Source of the DNA: Candidatus Bathyarchaeota archaeon
GTDB lineage: Archaea > Thermoproteota > CALKCG01 > B24
Assembly (NCBI GenBank): GCA_018396755.1
Contig: JAGTQM010000002.1
Location: 91,609-155,608, forward strand
DNA length: 64,000 nt
Reading direction: 5' to 3'
Part shown: piece by piece, positions 1 to 8,912 of the stretch
How the letters are laid out: every line of letters begins with the position of its first letter
How positions within the stretch are numbered: position 1 is the first letter of the stretch
Notes under the pieces: generated by a model
Databases searched by the model: none
Told to the model about the DNA's origin: nothing
The model's input: the letters and a program-made list of their open reading frames with translations, nothing else
Program-made: the position numbers and the translations under genes

Positions 1-1
1 T

Positions 2-1048
2 CAAGATAGAGAGATTGAGGAGTTAATGTGTAAGAATGAAGACTACTATGCATCTTGGAGCAGTATAGGTAGCTTTAGAAGAGTTGAAGGAATACCCGAT
101 ATGTACGTGGGGGCGATTTTAAATAGGATAGATGTAGAGGCTGTGAAAAGTAGAAGCTATAGGGTCGTGTTAGATTGCGGAGGAGGAGCAGCCTGTTTTT
201 CATCTCCAAAATTGTTGAGAGAATTAAACTGTAAGCTTACAACTTTAGGTTGCGAGCCAGATGGTTTTTTCAGAATGAGGAATCCAGAGCCTAGACCTGA
301 AAACCTGTCGAAACTTATGGAGACCGTCAAGTTTACGTCTTCAGACTTGGGAATTGCACATGATGGAGATGGAGATAGGACTTCCTTTATAGATGAAAAC
401 GGCAATTACGTTCAAGGAGACAAGATACTGGCACTCATATGTTTAAACCATCTTAGAAGTAAACCTGGAAGTGTAATCGTTACAACCGTTATAACAAGTT
501 CAGTGGTGTTTGATGTGGCTGAGAAAATTGGAGTTAAGGTAGCTTTAACACCAGTCGGTGAATCCTGTGTTGTAGAGAAGATGAAGGAGACTGGTGCTGA
601 GATAGGTGGTGAAGAAAACATAGGGTTGATTGTTAGAGATTGGGTTTGGAGTAGAGAAGGCATATATGCTGCTGCTTTAGTTCTAGACATAATGGCTAGG
701 GAGAGACGCCCGCTTTCCCAACTTTTAAGTGAATTGCCAAATTATGAACAGGCTAAATTGAGCGTTAAGTGTGATGGAAATATTTACCCACTTATAAAAC
801 ACGACGTAGTCAGGATTGTTGGAGAAATGCTACCCAGAGACTATGATAACATAATCACTATAGACGGTATTAAGGTCTATTATGGACGAAACTGGATCCT
901 GGTAAGACCGTCCGGTACAGAACCCTTATTCAGAGTCTTTGTTGAAGCAGAAGATAAAACAACACTTGAAAAATTGAAGAAGATAGCTTTAGAGACTACT
1001 ATGGGCGCTATTCAAGAACTCTCCGAGAAGGTTGAGAATAGACTTTAA
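2..1048 (+). CDS. Phosphohexomutase (phosphoglucomutase/phosphomannomutase/GlmM family), 5' end outside the window
   Basis: The frame is open from nt 2 (no stop before the first ATG at 26), so the N-terminus lies upstream. Motifs GIAHDGDGDR (Mg loop), GGEENIG (sugar loop) and RPSGTEP (phosphate loop). The catalytic-Ser domain is missing because the window cuts it off. Confidence 0.85.
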   Translation, partial: QDREIEELMCKNEDYYASWSSIGSFRRVEGIPDMYVGAILNRIDVEAVKSRSYRVVLDCGGGAACFSSPKLLRELNCKLTTLGCEPDGFFRMRNPEPRPENLSKLMETVKFTSSDLGIAHDGDGDRTSFIDENGNYVQGDKILALICLNHLRSKPGSVIVTTVITSSVVFDVAEKIGVKVALTPVGESCVVEKMKETGAEIGGEENIGLIVRDWVWSREGIYAAALVLDIMARERRPLSQLLSELPNYEQAKLSVKCDGNIYPLIKHDVVRIVGEMLPRDYDNIITIDGIKVYYGRNWILVRPSGTEPLFRVFVEAEDKTTLEKLKKIALETTMGAIQELSEKVENRL

Positions 1049-1092
1049 AAGAATAGTAAAGCTAAATTAGTAGTTCTATTAATGACTCTATT

Positions 1093-1421
1093 GGGGGTGG
1101 CGGGTTAAGGATCGGGGAGCTAGCCCTGCCCTGTAACCCGAAAAGGGCTACATGCGGGGATCCGCCAACCGTCAAGGGCGGCAGCCTGAACAGCCAAATG
1201 AGGTTTCACAGGATGACGGTGAGACTTCGTCTCGCAGGGCTTGGTTGGAGACAGCCCCGTCGAAGGATGGAGTTAAGTCTCTTCACCGCCGAACCGGGTC
1301 AGGCCGGGAACGGAGCAGCCCTAAGGTGGGCAGCCAAGCGTTTGCGAGGGCGCGGAGTTGAGAAAGCCTGTGAAATACTCGGGTTGGGAGGGGGCCCACT
1401 TTGACGGGATGCCGCTACCCC
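1093..1421 (+). ncRNA. Signal recognition particle RNA (archaeal 7S RNA)
   Basis: GC-rich island in an AT-rich context. 5' GGGGGTGGCGG pairs with 3' CCGCTACCCC. Contains GGTCAGGCCGGGAACGGAGCAGCC, matching the universal SRP helix-8 motif GGUCAGGUCCGGAAGGAAGCAGCC. Length of ~330 nt fits archaeal SRP RNA. The ORFs at 1152..1361 and 1198..1404 are artefacts of this RNA. Confidence 0.85.
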
Positions 1422-1425
1422 TCTA

Positions 1426-2496
1426 TTAAGTTAACGGATATCTTAGAATCGCTACAATTCCTCCTAAACCCAATATTCTATCGTTTTCAAGTCCAGAAGA
1501 TACGAATACTACTTCACCCTTCTTCTGCTCAACTTCCCTTATGGCTTTAAGAAGCTCATCCAACTCTCCATCTGGGAGGTTTTTTAAAAGCCTTTCAGAA
1601 ACTAATAATGTTTTTATAGCGCCTGTTGAAGCAAGATCTTTGATTGGTTTAATTCCATATGTAACCATATTGGGTTTCTCTGAGAGCATTTTAAATACTT
1701 CGTCTAAGAGTTTAGCCTCATATACGAGGCGGATTTCACCAAGATAATTAGCTATTAAGCCAGATCTTAAAGCTTCATAAACTCCTGAAACTCCTCCTAT
1801 ACTAACTTTACCAGTTTTTACTCTACCTTTAAATTGTGGTTCTTGACTTAAATGGTCAGCTAACTTCTCGTATAAAAACCCTGGTCCAACAACTAAAATG
1901 AAAACTTCTCTGCTAATGTCTAGCCTACTGAGAACCTCTGAAATGGCTTTTAAGTTTTCCCTAACGCTACTCTCCCATTGCTCACTGTTTCTTTTACCTG
2001 GAAGTCTGATGGGGATTTCTGCTTTAACATCTAGACCATGTTCTCCAATTACTGCTATACAACATTCATCCCTATCCACAGATACTACTACTAAGCTTCT
2101 GCTTTCAGTCAATTTCGCCCTTTCAAGTCTTTCAAGTTCATTTGGAAGCCACTTGTTTTTAAGCAGAAATATGGGCTCACCTACCTTAAGGTTGATGGAG
2201 TGATGTCTACCTTTTAAACCTTCCACATCTCTAGAATCTTCAACAATCCCATAGATTTTTAGACGCTTAATGTATAAGTCGAGTTGGACAGCTTCAACCC
2301 TGAGTTTGATGCTTAAGCTAACTTTAGACCTACCTTCAACTTCACCCATAGAACCTCTAATTTTTATGATCCTACTGGTTTTAGCCTCCACTAGGTCTCC
2401 AGGTCTCACTATATTCACTAAATGCCATAGATCATCTATACTTTCAGGTATAAGTTCTGCAACACCTTCTTTAAGATTTAAGTTTAAAATCCTCAT
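1426..2496 (-). CDS. pelA: Pelota / Dom34 mRNA surveillance factor
   Basis: 356 aa. N-terminus MRILNLNLKEG..LIPESIDDLWHLVNIVRPGDLV and an eRF1-like three-domain length are typical of archaeal Pelota. Confidence 0.9.
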   Translation of the reverse strand: MRILNLNLKEGVAELIPESIDDLWHLVNIVRPGDLVEAKTSRIIKIRGSMGEVEGRSKVSLSIKLRVEAVQLDLYIKRLKIYGIVEDSRDVEGLKGRHHSINLKVGEPIFLLKNKWLPNELERLERAKLTESRSLVVVSVDRDECCIAVIGEHGLDVKAEIPIRLPGKRNSEQWESSVRENLKAISEVLSRLDISREVFILVVGPGFLYEKLADHLSQEPQFKGRVKTGKVSIGGVSGVYEALRSGLIANYLGEIRLVYEAKLLDEVFKMLSEKPNMVTYGIKPIKDLASTGAIKTLLVSERLLKNLPDGELDELLKAIREVEQKKGEVVFVSSGLENDRILGLGGIVAILRYPLT

Positions 2497-2543
2497 TCTC
2501 TGATAATGTAGCAGACCATCTCCTAATAAGAGTTGATCTAGGA

Positions 2544-2996
2544 TTGAGCAATTTAATGATTAGAACTGTTAAACGTGAGGATTTGAAAAGCATCTACCTT
2601 ATTGAACGTCTTTCATTTGAAAGACCTTATCCATCTTCATACCTTGAAACACTTGCATATCTAAGCCCTGAAACATTCCTCGTAGTATCTTTAAACGGTT
2701 GCATAGTGGGATACTCCGCATCCGTCTTAAGAGGTCTCGAGGGGCATGTAATATCTATTGCTGTCCACCCAAATTATAGAGGCATCGGTATAGGGAAGAA
2801 ACTTCTAATAGAGAACATTAAACGGCTTAAAGACTTAGGTGCTAAGAGAGTAATTCTTGAAGTTAAGGTTGATAACATTCAAGCTTTAAAACTTTACCAG
2901 AAACTCGGCTTTAAAATAGTCAAAACCTTGAAGAACTACTATTGGGATGGGGCTGATGCATATAGGATGACTTTAAATGTCGACTCTTCAACTTAG
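2544..2996 (+). CDS. GNAT N-acetyltransferase, RimI-like
   Basis: 150 aa. ISIAVHPNYRGIGIGKKLL acetyl-CoA motif and C-terminal YY.DG.DAY.M, typical of the RimI/Ard1 family. Confidence 0.75.
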   Translation: MSNLMIRTVKREDLKSIYLIERLSFERPYPSSYLETLAYLSPETFLVVSLNGCIVGYSASVLRGLEGHVISIAVHPNYRGIGIGKKLLIENIKRLKDLGAKRVILEVKVDNIQALKLYQKLGFKIVKTLKNYYWDGADAYRMTLNVDSST

Positions 2997-3051
2997 ATGA
3001 TGGTTTTTCAAGAATCCTTTTATATAGATTTAAGGAGAATATTACTTCAAT

Positions 3052-3912
3052 ATGTCTGCAATAGGTTCGGCAGTAGATTTCCACATTCATCCAGTCGTGA
3101 TAGAGGAAGCCCTCTTAGGAGATAAGCAACTTGAGAAAAAGATTAGAGAGATTTACCATATAGGTACGTCTGTACAACCTTTAAATACTCTTGTAAAGAT
3201 GTTGAAAACCGCTGGAATATCTAAGGCTGTTTTACTCTCCATAGCTACACCGGAGGGAGAAATGCCTCCTAATGAGTCTATTAAAAATATTATAGAGAAG
3301 AGCGGAGAGATGTTTATAGGTTTCGCTGGCTTAAACCCGATTAAAGGAGATGAAGCTATAGACGAGCTTGAGAAAGCCCATTCAGAAGGATTTAAAGGGG
3401 TTAAACTTTATCCGCCACTTCAAGGTTTCAAACCAAGCGATAGAAAATTTTACGCTTTCTATGAAAGAGCGCAACAACTCAATATGCCACTACTATTTCA
3501 CACAGGAGTTTCATGGATTAGAAGAGTAGAATTAGCCTATTGCCATCCGCTCGAAGTTGAAGATGTAGCGGTAAATTTTCAAAATCTTAAAGCGGTCTTA
3601 GCACATATGGGTTTTCCATGGATTTGGGAAGCCGCCATGATCGCTGTAAAGTATGAAAACGTTTATTTAGATTTAAGCGGAGTTTTCACTGGAACACCCA
3701 GAGAACATATATTCCATGTCTTTACTAAGACTTTAACACCAAGCTTCGTTTCACGTTTCCTCGCAGATAAAATAGTATTCGGGTCGGATTGGCCTAGGAT
3801 GGAGCCTTTTAAAATGGTTGAAGCCGTTAAGAGTTTGCCCCTTGAAAGATCAGTGTTAGATAAAATTATGAGGTTGAACGCCTTAAGGATTCTGGACATA
3901 GAGGAGGAGTGA
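3052..3912 (+). CDS. Metal-dependent amidohydrolase-fold (TIM barrel) hydrolase
   Basis: 286 aa. N-terminal DFHIHP His pair, internal HTG and AHMG His ligands, GSDWP near the C-terminus (amidohydrolase_2-like pattern). TATA-like TTTTATATA ~25 nt upstream. Confidence 0.6.
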   Translation: MSAIGSAVDFHIHPVVIEEALLGDKQLEKKIREIYHIGTSVQPLNTLVKMLKTAGISKAVLLSIATPEGEMPPNESIKNIIEKSGEMFIGFAGLNPIKGDEAIDELEKAHSEGFKGVKLYPPLQGFKPSDRKFYAFYERAQQLNMPLLFHTGVSWIRRVELAYCHPLEVEDVAVNFQNLKAVLAHMGFPWIWEAAMIAVKYENVYLDLSGVFTGTPREHIFHVFTKTLTPSFVSRFLADKIVFGSDWPRMEPFKMVEAVKSLPLERSVLDKIMRLNALRILDIEEE

Positions 3913-3915
3913 AAA

Positions 3916-4347
3916 ATGAAAGTTTTTACGAAAACAATAGATGTAGTATCCGAAATGCCTACCCACCTCATAAACTTATCGAACGATGTTTACAATACTT
4001 TAAAAGAGAGCCGTATTAAAGATGGATTTGTACACGTCTATACGATGCATACTACGACTGGGTTGACGATAAATGAAGACGAGCCTGGTTTAGAACAAGA
4101 TATTCCAAAATTCCTCTCTAAGCTTATTCCAGAAGAAGGCGATTACTACCATCACCATTATTTCGCTAAAGACGGTAGACTTGCTGTAAATGCTTGGGCC
4201 CATATAAGAGCTAGTTTACTCGGAGGACACTTAACAATTCCAGTCGTAGATGGAAAGCTTTTAATCGGATCTAGACAGAACATATACCTTGTTGAACTTG
4301 ATGGACCTCAAAGGAGGAGGGTAGTAGTACAAGTCATGGGTGAGTAG
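3916..4347 (+). CDS. YjbQ/UPF0047 family protein (secondary thiamine-phosphate synthase-like)
   Basis: 143 aa. HTTTGLTINEDE, YYHHHY and ASLLGGHLTIPVVDGKLLIGSRQNIYLVELDGP follow the YjbQ family pattern. Lies 3 nt after the preceding gene. Confidence 0.8.
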   Translation: MKVFTKTIDVVSEMPTHLINLSNDVYNTLKESRIKDGFVHVYTMHTTTGLTINEDEPGLEQDIPKFLSKLIPEEGDYYHHHYFAKDGRLAVNAWAHIRASLLGGHLTIPVVDGKLLIGSRQNIYLVELDGPQRRRVVVQVMGE

Positions 4348-4367
4348 GATTTTATCGAGGTGGGATT

Positions 4368-5312
4368 TTGCCTGATGTTATAACACTTGGAGAGCCTCTG
4401 GTAGAATTTATAGATAAACATAAGAGGGGAGCTTTCACAGAGCTTAGTGAATTTATAGGACCTTTTCCAAGCGGTGCTCCAGCAATATTCGCAGACGCCG
4501 TAGCTAGACTTAAAGTTTCATCAGCATTAATAGGGGTCGTTGGTAAGGATGAGTTTGGTACACTCTTACTAGACAGGCTTCGAAATGATGGTGTTGACAT
4601 ATCACATATAAGAATTGCCGAAAACTACACAACTGGAACAGCTTTTGTAACGTATTCCCCCTCTGGAAGCCGCAAGTTTATCTTCCATCTTAGACATGCC
4701 GCAGCAGGGCAACTCTCACCTAGGGACGCGGATGAAGAGTTCATAAAATCTGCCAAGGTTCTCCATATAATGGGATCAGCCTTGTCCTTAAGTCAATCTA
4801 GTAAAGAGGCTTGCTACAAGGCATTGGAAATAGCCGTTGAATACGGTATTAAAATTTCACTGGATCCGAACGTTAGACCTGAGTTACTTAGCGTAGAGGA
4901 AATCAGACGGATCTGTAAACCAGTTCTTGAGAAAGCTTACCTCGTATTACCGAGCGGTGAGGAGGCTATGATGCTTACTGGTGGAAAGTCTCCAGACGAA
5001 GCTTGTAGAATGCTTATAGATATGGGTGTTAAAATGGTTGCCTTAAAAAGGGGGGCTGAAGGCTCTACGATCTACACTGAGGAGAAAGTATTGCCCATAC
5101 CAGCTTTTAAAGTTGAAGAAATCGAGCCTACAGGAGCTGGAGATATTTACGACGGCGCATTCATAGTCGGTTTGATAAATGAGTGGCCTTTAAATAGAGT
5201 TGGCTTATTTGCAAACGCTGCTGGTGCTATATCAGTCACGAGAGTTGGCCCTATAGATAGTTGCCCATACCTAGAAGAGGTTGAAAAACTTATCTCTACT
5301 AGACTATTATAA
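4368..5312 (+). CDS. PfkB-family sugar kinase (KDG kinase/ribokinase-like)
   Basis: TTG start 8 nt after GAGGTGGG. 314 aa. PfkB signature EPTGAGDIYDGAFIVG near the C-terminus. Confidence 0.8.
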   Translation: MPDVITLGEPLVEFIDKHKRGAFTELSEFIGPFPSGAPAIFADAVARLKVSSALIGVVGKDEFGTLLLDRLRNDGVDISHIRIAENYTTGTAFVTYSPSGSRKFIFHLRHAAAGQLSPRDADEEFIKSAKVLHIMGSALSLSQSSKEACYKALEIAVEYGIKISLDPNVRPELLSVEEIRRICKPVLEKAYLVLPSGEEAMMLTGGKSPDEACRMLIDMGVKMVALKRGAEGSTIYTEEKVLPIPAFKVEEIEPTGAGDIYDGAFIVGLINEWPLNRVGLFANAAGAISVTRVGPIDSCPYLEEVEKLISTRLL

Positions 5313-5320
5313 TAATATAT

Positions 5321-5533
5321 TTGATTGAAACTATGGTGACCGCTTTGACTTCAAAGCTTAAGATAGGCTACATGGTTACATCAACGTTAGCTATTATTCT
5401 AGCACTGCATCTGCTGTTGTCTGATAGTAATCTGCCGTATTTTGTAGCGTTACTTTTCCTTGGCTTAGGAGTGCTTGTAGTAGTAGCCGTCTGGTATGCA
5501 ATAGTTCGTCCGCTCTCCAGAGATATGGATTAA
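5321..5533 (+). CDS. Small hypothetical membrane protein (2 predicted TM segments)
   Basis: 70-aa ORF with two hydrophobic stretches. No recognisable family; supported only by position and hydrophobicity. Confidence 0.3.
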   Translation: MIETMVTALTSKLKIGYMVTSTLAIILALHLLLSDSNLPYFVALLFLGLGVLVVVAVWYAIVRPLSRDMD

Positions 5534-5552
5534 CGTAGAAAACTTTATATTA

Positions 5553-5582
5553 TCCATAATTGGATAATTATCCAATTATGGA
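5553..5582. promoter_or_regulatory. Perfect 30-bp palindrome (candidate operator or start-codon-sequestering hairpin)
   Basis: TCCATAATTGGATAATTATCCAATTATGGA equals its own reverse complement at all 30 positions. Preceded by TATA-like TTTATATTA (5544-5552); contains the ATG at 5578. Confidence 0.6.
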
Positions 5583-6105
5583 CACTAAGAGGCTGGCGCT
5601 AATATCCACTTTTACAGCATTAGCCGTAGCATCTAGAGTAGTTCTATCAGCTCTTCCAAACATTAAGTTAAACTCATTTCTCACGATGACTGCAGGTATT
5701 TTAACGGATCCCTATAGTGGTTTTCTGATAGGTAGTTTATCCATGGTGATCTCAGATGCCTTATTCTTCGGTTTAGGATTTTGGAGTCCTATAACGGCTT
5801 TTTTTATGGGTTTAAACGGCTTTTTAGCAGGCTTATTCTGGCACAATAAGAGTAAATTATCCAGATTGGAGCTTGCCTCAGGAGGGCTTCTACTCACGGT
5901 TTTCTACGATTTGGCTACATCCATACTTACGATGATACCGTTTGTTAAACCTAATGTTTTACTCTACACAGTTCTAATTGGTCTTTTCATTCCATCGCCA
6001 TATCCTATGGGTCCTGCCCACGAATTTACTACTTCACTTCTCATGGGCACCCTTGCACCATCTATAATACGCTCTGTCAGGAGGGGTGGATTTGGAGAAA
6101 GGTAA
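5578..6105 (+). CDS. ECF-transporter S-component-like integral membrane protein
   Basis: About 175 aa with 5-6 hydrophobic helices, small size and Gly/Phe-rich helices as in ECF substrate-capture subunits. ATG 5578 is preferred over the track's TTG 5560 because of the TATA spacing. Confidence 0.5.
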   Translation: MDTKRLALISTFTALAVASRVVLSALPNIKLNSFLTMTAGILTDPYSGFLIGSLSMVISDALFFGLGFWSPITAFFMGLNGFLAGLFWHNKSKLSRLELASGGLLLTVFYDLATSILTMIPFVKPNVLLYTVLIGLFIPSPYPMGPAHEFTTSLLMGTLAPSIIRSVRRGGFGER

Positions 6106-6544
6106 GTTTTTAGTAACGTTGGTTTTAGTCTTGGCCATATGGGCAATAGTGGCTTCGAGCGCAGCGGTTTACTACTACTCGGAATACGTTAAGACTACAT
6201 CTCTTTTGGAGAGTTTAGAGGCTTCAACCGTTAAAGTAAACATCATCATAGACTATGGAAACAATACAGTCCAGGAATTTAGAGATATAATTCTAGATGT
6301 TAAGGGAGCAACTGCTTTAAACGCTTTAATGGCAGTGGCTAAAGTTGAATACACCGTATATCCATTTGGTGTATTCGTCGATTCAATAAACAGCGTTGAA
6401 AATTCTATGGAACTCAGCTGCTGGTGGCTTTACAGCATTGAAAAACCTGATGGTGAAGAGGTTTCACCGGAGGTTGGAGCAGACCAATACAGGGTATCTA
6501 ATGGCGACACAGTAGTATGGCGGTATACTAAGTTGGAATACTAA
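6086..6544 (+). CDS. DUF4430-like secreted/anchored protein (transcobalamin beta-domain-like fold family)
   Basis: 152 aa. N-terminal signal/anchor helix FLVTLVLVLAIWAIVASSA. C-terminal W.Y....G......GA..Y.V.NGDTVVWRY pattern, as I recall for DUF4430. Overlaps the preceding gene. GGAGG lies just upstream; an alternative TTG start is at 6092. Confidence 0.5.
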   Translation: MDLEKGKFLVTLVLVLAIWAIVASSAAVYYYSEYVKTTSLLESLEASTVKVNIIIDYGNNTVQEFRDIILDVKGATALNALMAVAKVEYTVYPFGVFVDSINSVENSMELSCWWLYSIEKPDGEEVSPEVGADQYRVSNGDTVVWRYTKLEY

Positions 6545-6547
6545 GTT

Positions 6548-7273
6548 TTAAAAATCCCCCTTTCTTCTTTTTTTAAGAAGAAGGTCTACAGTTAACCATT
6601 TTACATCATTTAGAACATTAAGCCTCTTAAGCGTCTGAAGCTGCCAATCATACGCACCTATATTACCTAAAATGTGACTATCTGATACCGGTGTGAGCGT
6701 TACGCCGGTATCTACACATATTTTTATAAACTCGTCGGAAGGACATTTATGATTTGAATTAAGCTCTACAACTACCGAATTTTCACGCGCTTCTTCACAG
6801 ATTTCATAGATAAGTTCTATTGGAAGATTTATGTTCTGCTCATCCACATAAGTTGGATGAGCTAATACGTCAATCCAATTGCTTCTTAAAGCCTTCAATA
6901 TGACGTTTCGATAAGATTCTACGAATGACTTACCGTATGGAAGATTATGCAAAGCTCCAATAACCACATCCAGCTTCCTCAGCATCCTTCGACTTACATC
7001 AGGCTCTCCATCGAGTTTTATGTCAACTTCTAGACCAGTTAAGACTTTTAAACCCGTGGAATTGGATTCACGTAATCTTAGAATTTTCTCAATATATTTT
7101 TCAAAGCCAACCTTCAATACATGCTGAGTATGATCCGTTATGGCTATTGCTTCTAAACCTTTTAAAACAGCCATAGTTATGTTGCCACACACAGTTGTAT
7201 TGACGCTACATTTGGAAAATTCGCTATGCGTATGAATATCTGTTTTGGGCAGAGGAGTATAAGGCCACTTCAT
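6548..7273 (-). CDS. PHP-family metal-dependent phosphoesterase
   Basis: 241 aa. DIHTHSEFS (HxH), AITDH, GLEVD, AHP and VSDSH metal-ligand motifs of the PHP/histidinol-phosphatase superfamily. Confidence 0.7.
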   Translation of the reverse strand: MKWPYTPLPKTDIHTHSEFSKCSVNTTVCGNITMAVLKGLEAIAITDHTQHVLKVGFEKYIEKILRLRESNSTGLKVLTGLEVDIKLDGEPDVSRRMLRKLDVVIGALHNLPYGKSFVESYRNVILKALRSNWIDVLAHPTYVDEQNINLPIELIYEICEEARENSVVVELNSNHKCPSDEFIKICVDTGVTLTPVSDSHILGNIGAYDWQLQTLKRLNVLNDVKWLTVDLLLKKRRKGDF

Positions 7274-7278
7274 TGACG

Positions 7279-7701
7279 TTAGCCTCGATTAAACAACAGA
7301 GAGGTTTTAAACTGTTGGGAAATTCTAGAGATTAAAGGTTCAAGTTCCTCCAAGCCCTTAATCTCCCCCTTTAAAAGAGAATTTAGTTTTCGTCTAGCTT
7401 CTAAATTTACTTCAACATTCCGACTTTTGAAGACTTTGTAGAGCCGTGTAGCAAGCTCTTCGCCTTCATTATCAAAATCCGTTAAAATTATGATTTGCCT
7501 TTCATCACAGAGGTTCTCAACGATGGAATTTAAGCTTCGATTTAATGTTTTAAGCGCTACTATTTTCCCTCTAAACCCAAGTCTTCTAAGAGCCAGCTTA
7601 TCTCTTCTACCTTCAACAACATAAACACTGTTTTCACATGCATCATAAAGCTCTCTAAGGATTGAGGTTAAAAGTTCTATGCGTTCTAAAGTCCACTTCA
7701 A
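7279..7701 (-). CDS. Small Toprim-domain protein (archaeal UPF0292/RNase M5-like)
   Basis: 140 aa. VVEGRRD (Toprim Glu) and IIILTDFDNEGEELA (DxD) motifs. 5-nt gaps to both neighbours. Confidence 0.7.
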   Translation of the reverse strand: MKWTLERIELLTSILRELYDACENSVYVVEGRRDKLALRRLGFRGKIVALKTLNRSLNSIVENLCDERQIIILTDFDNEGEELATRLYKVFKSRNVEVNLEARRKLNSLLKGEIKGLEELEPLISRISQQFKTSLLFNRG

Positions 7702-7706
7702 TAAAA

Positions 7707-8792
7707 TTACCTCGTTATAGTTAAATTCTTCAGCTTACTGTAAAGCTCGTAGGCTTCAGTTACATGGTCAAAGTATTTTCTGACGGGTTTAAGACGCTCA
7801 TTCAACGCCACAGATACAGCTCTCTTCAGATCTAACGGATGCAATTCTCCTTTAAAGTAAAAATCTTCAAGTTCTCGATAGCTTTTAACTTCAATATCAC
7901 CGCCGTGACATGTTTCCCTTTCAATTTTAAGTTCAAAGCCTGGCTCAGGGAAAAGTATAAGCCTACATATTTCAAGGACAGGGTTATTCTCCACCATTCT
8001 AGCTGGACAGTAGGCTTTCATAATCTTCTTTTCAATTTCATCCTCTTCATCATGTATGAAGAGGGCAGTTTCAGGTTTAGACTTACTCATCTTAAACTCG
8101 TACAGCATCTCCCCCTTAACGTTTCCCTCCATTCTACCTAAACCTGCAAGACCTATAAGTATAGGCGTATGTAATGCCACCGGTTTCTTCCTATTAAGTT
8201 TATCAGCTGTTTCTATTGCGAGTACATGTGCCCTCCTCTGATCCATACCACCTAAGCATAGATCGAGGTCGAGGTAGAATATGTCTGCCACCTGCATACA
8301 TGGATATATGAGTTTAGAGAAGTCCATAGCCGCTTCATCAGATCTACGCCCCATTATCGTTAAAGCCCTTTTAACCCTATTCAACGTTAAAGCTTTAGCT
8401 ATTTTAAGCACTAAGCTCCAATAATCTTTAGAATAGACCAATTCATCCGCATAAACTGTTTGATAACTATTCTCAGGAATCCCTAATGCCTCTAGACAGT
8501 GCTCTATATATAGGGCGCAGAGTCTTATGTTTTCCATGCTTCCGCCGAGTTTATCGTTTATCCACGCGTGCCATGTGGCCTGAAGGAGAATACTTTCGAC
8601 ACCAGAGTCGACAAGGTCTTTAAATTTACGAGCCCATATCATCCATCCAATTGTGAATAGACCAGAGGGCTCAACACCTATGTACGCTTTCAAACATCCA
8701 TCCTTTTTAAGTAAAGAGTTGAGTCTCTCCTCAGTTATAATCTCTTCAAGTCCCCGCTTTATGATAGATTCATTTGTACTCAAGACAATCAT
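7707..8792 (-). CDS. tyrS: Tyrosyl-tRNA synthetase (crenarchaeal-type)
   Basis: 361 aa. Colinear with archaeal TyrRS (AYIGVEPSG..., QATWHAWINDKLGG, YPCMQVADI, GGMDQRRAH, KMSKSKPE, ELHPLDLK). The HIGH position reads TIGW. Confidence 0.85.
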   Translation of the reverse strand: MIVLSTNESIIKRGLEEIITEERLNSLLKKDGCLKAYIGVEPSGLFTIGWMIWARKFKDLVDSGVESILLQATWHAWINDKLGGSMENIRLCALYIEHCLEALGIPENSYQTVYADELVYSKDYWSLVLKIAKALTLNRVKRALTIMGRRSDEAAMDFSKLIYPCMQVADIFYLDLDLCLGGMDQRRAHVLAIETADKLNRKKPVALHTPILIGLAGLGRMEGNVKGEMLYEFKMSKSKPETALFIHDEEDEIEKKIMKAYCPARMVENNPVLEICRLILFPEPGFELKIERETCHGGDIEVKSYRELEDFYFKGELHPLDLKRAVSVALNERLKPVRKYFDHVTEAYELYSKLKNLTITR

Positions 8793-8912
8793 CCTTACCC
8801 AATAATGGAAACTGCAATCGTAAATTTACGAGATAGGTAAACATAAACTTTTTCATAAACTTTAACTAAACATATTGAATCCGTTTTTCAATCCAATCTC
8901 TAGCCTTTGGTC

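Noticed and set aside
1152-1404. Two overlapping + strand ORFs (69 and 68 aa) rich in Arg/Gly/Pro
   Set aside because: They lie entirely inside the GC-rich SRP RNA gene and have no start context or coding-like composition. They are artefacts of a structured RNA.
6548-7273. RNase P protein Rpp30 (PHP-like TIM barrel) as the identity of the 241-aa protein
   Set aside because: The protein retains the full set of PHP metal-binding His/Asp motifs (HTH, DH, E, H, DSH), which Rpp30 lacks. It is called a PHP phosphoesterase instead.
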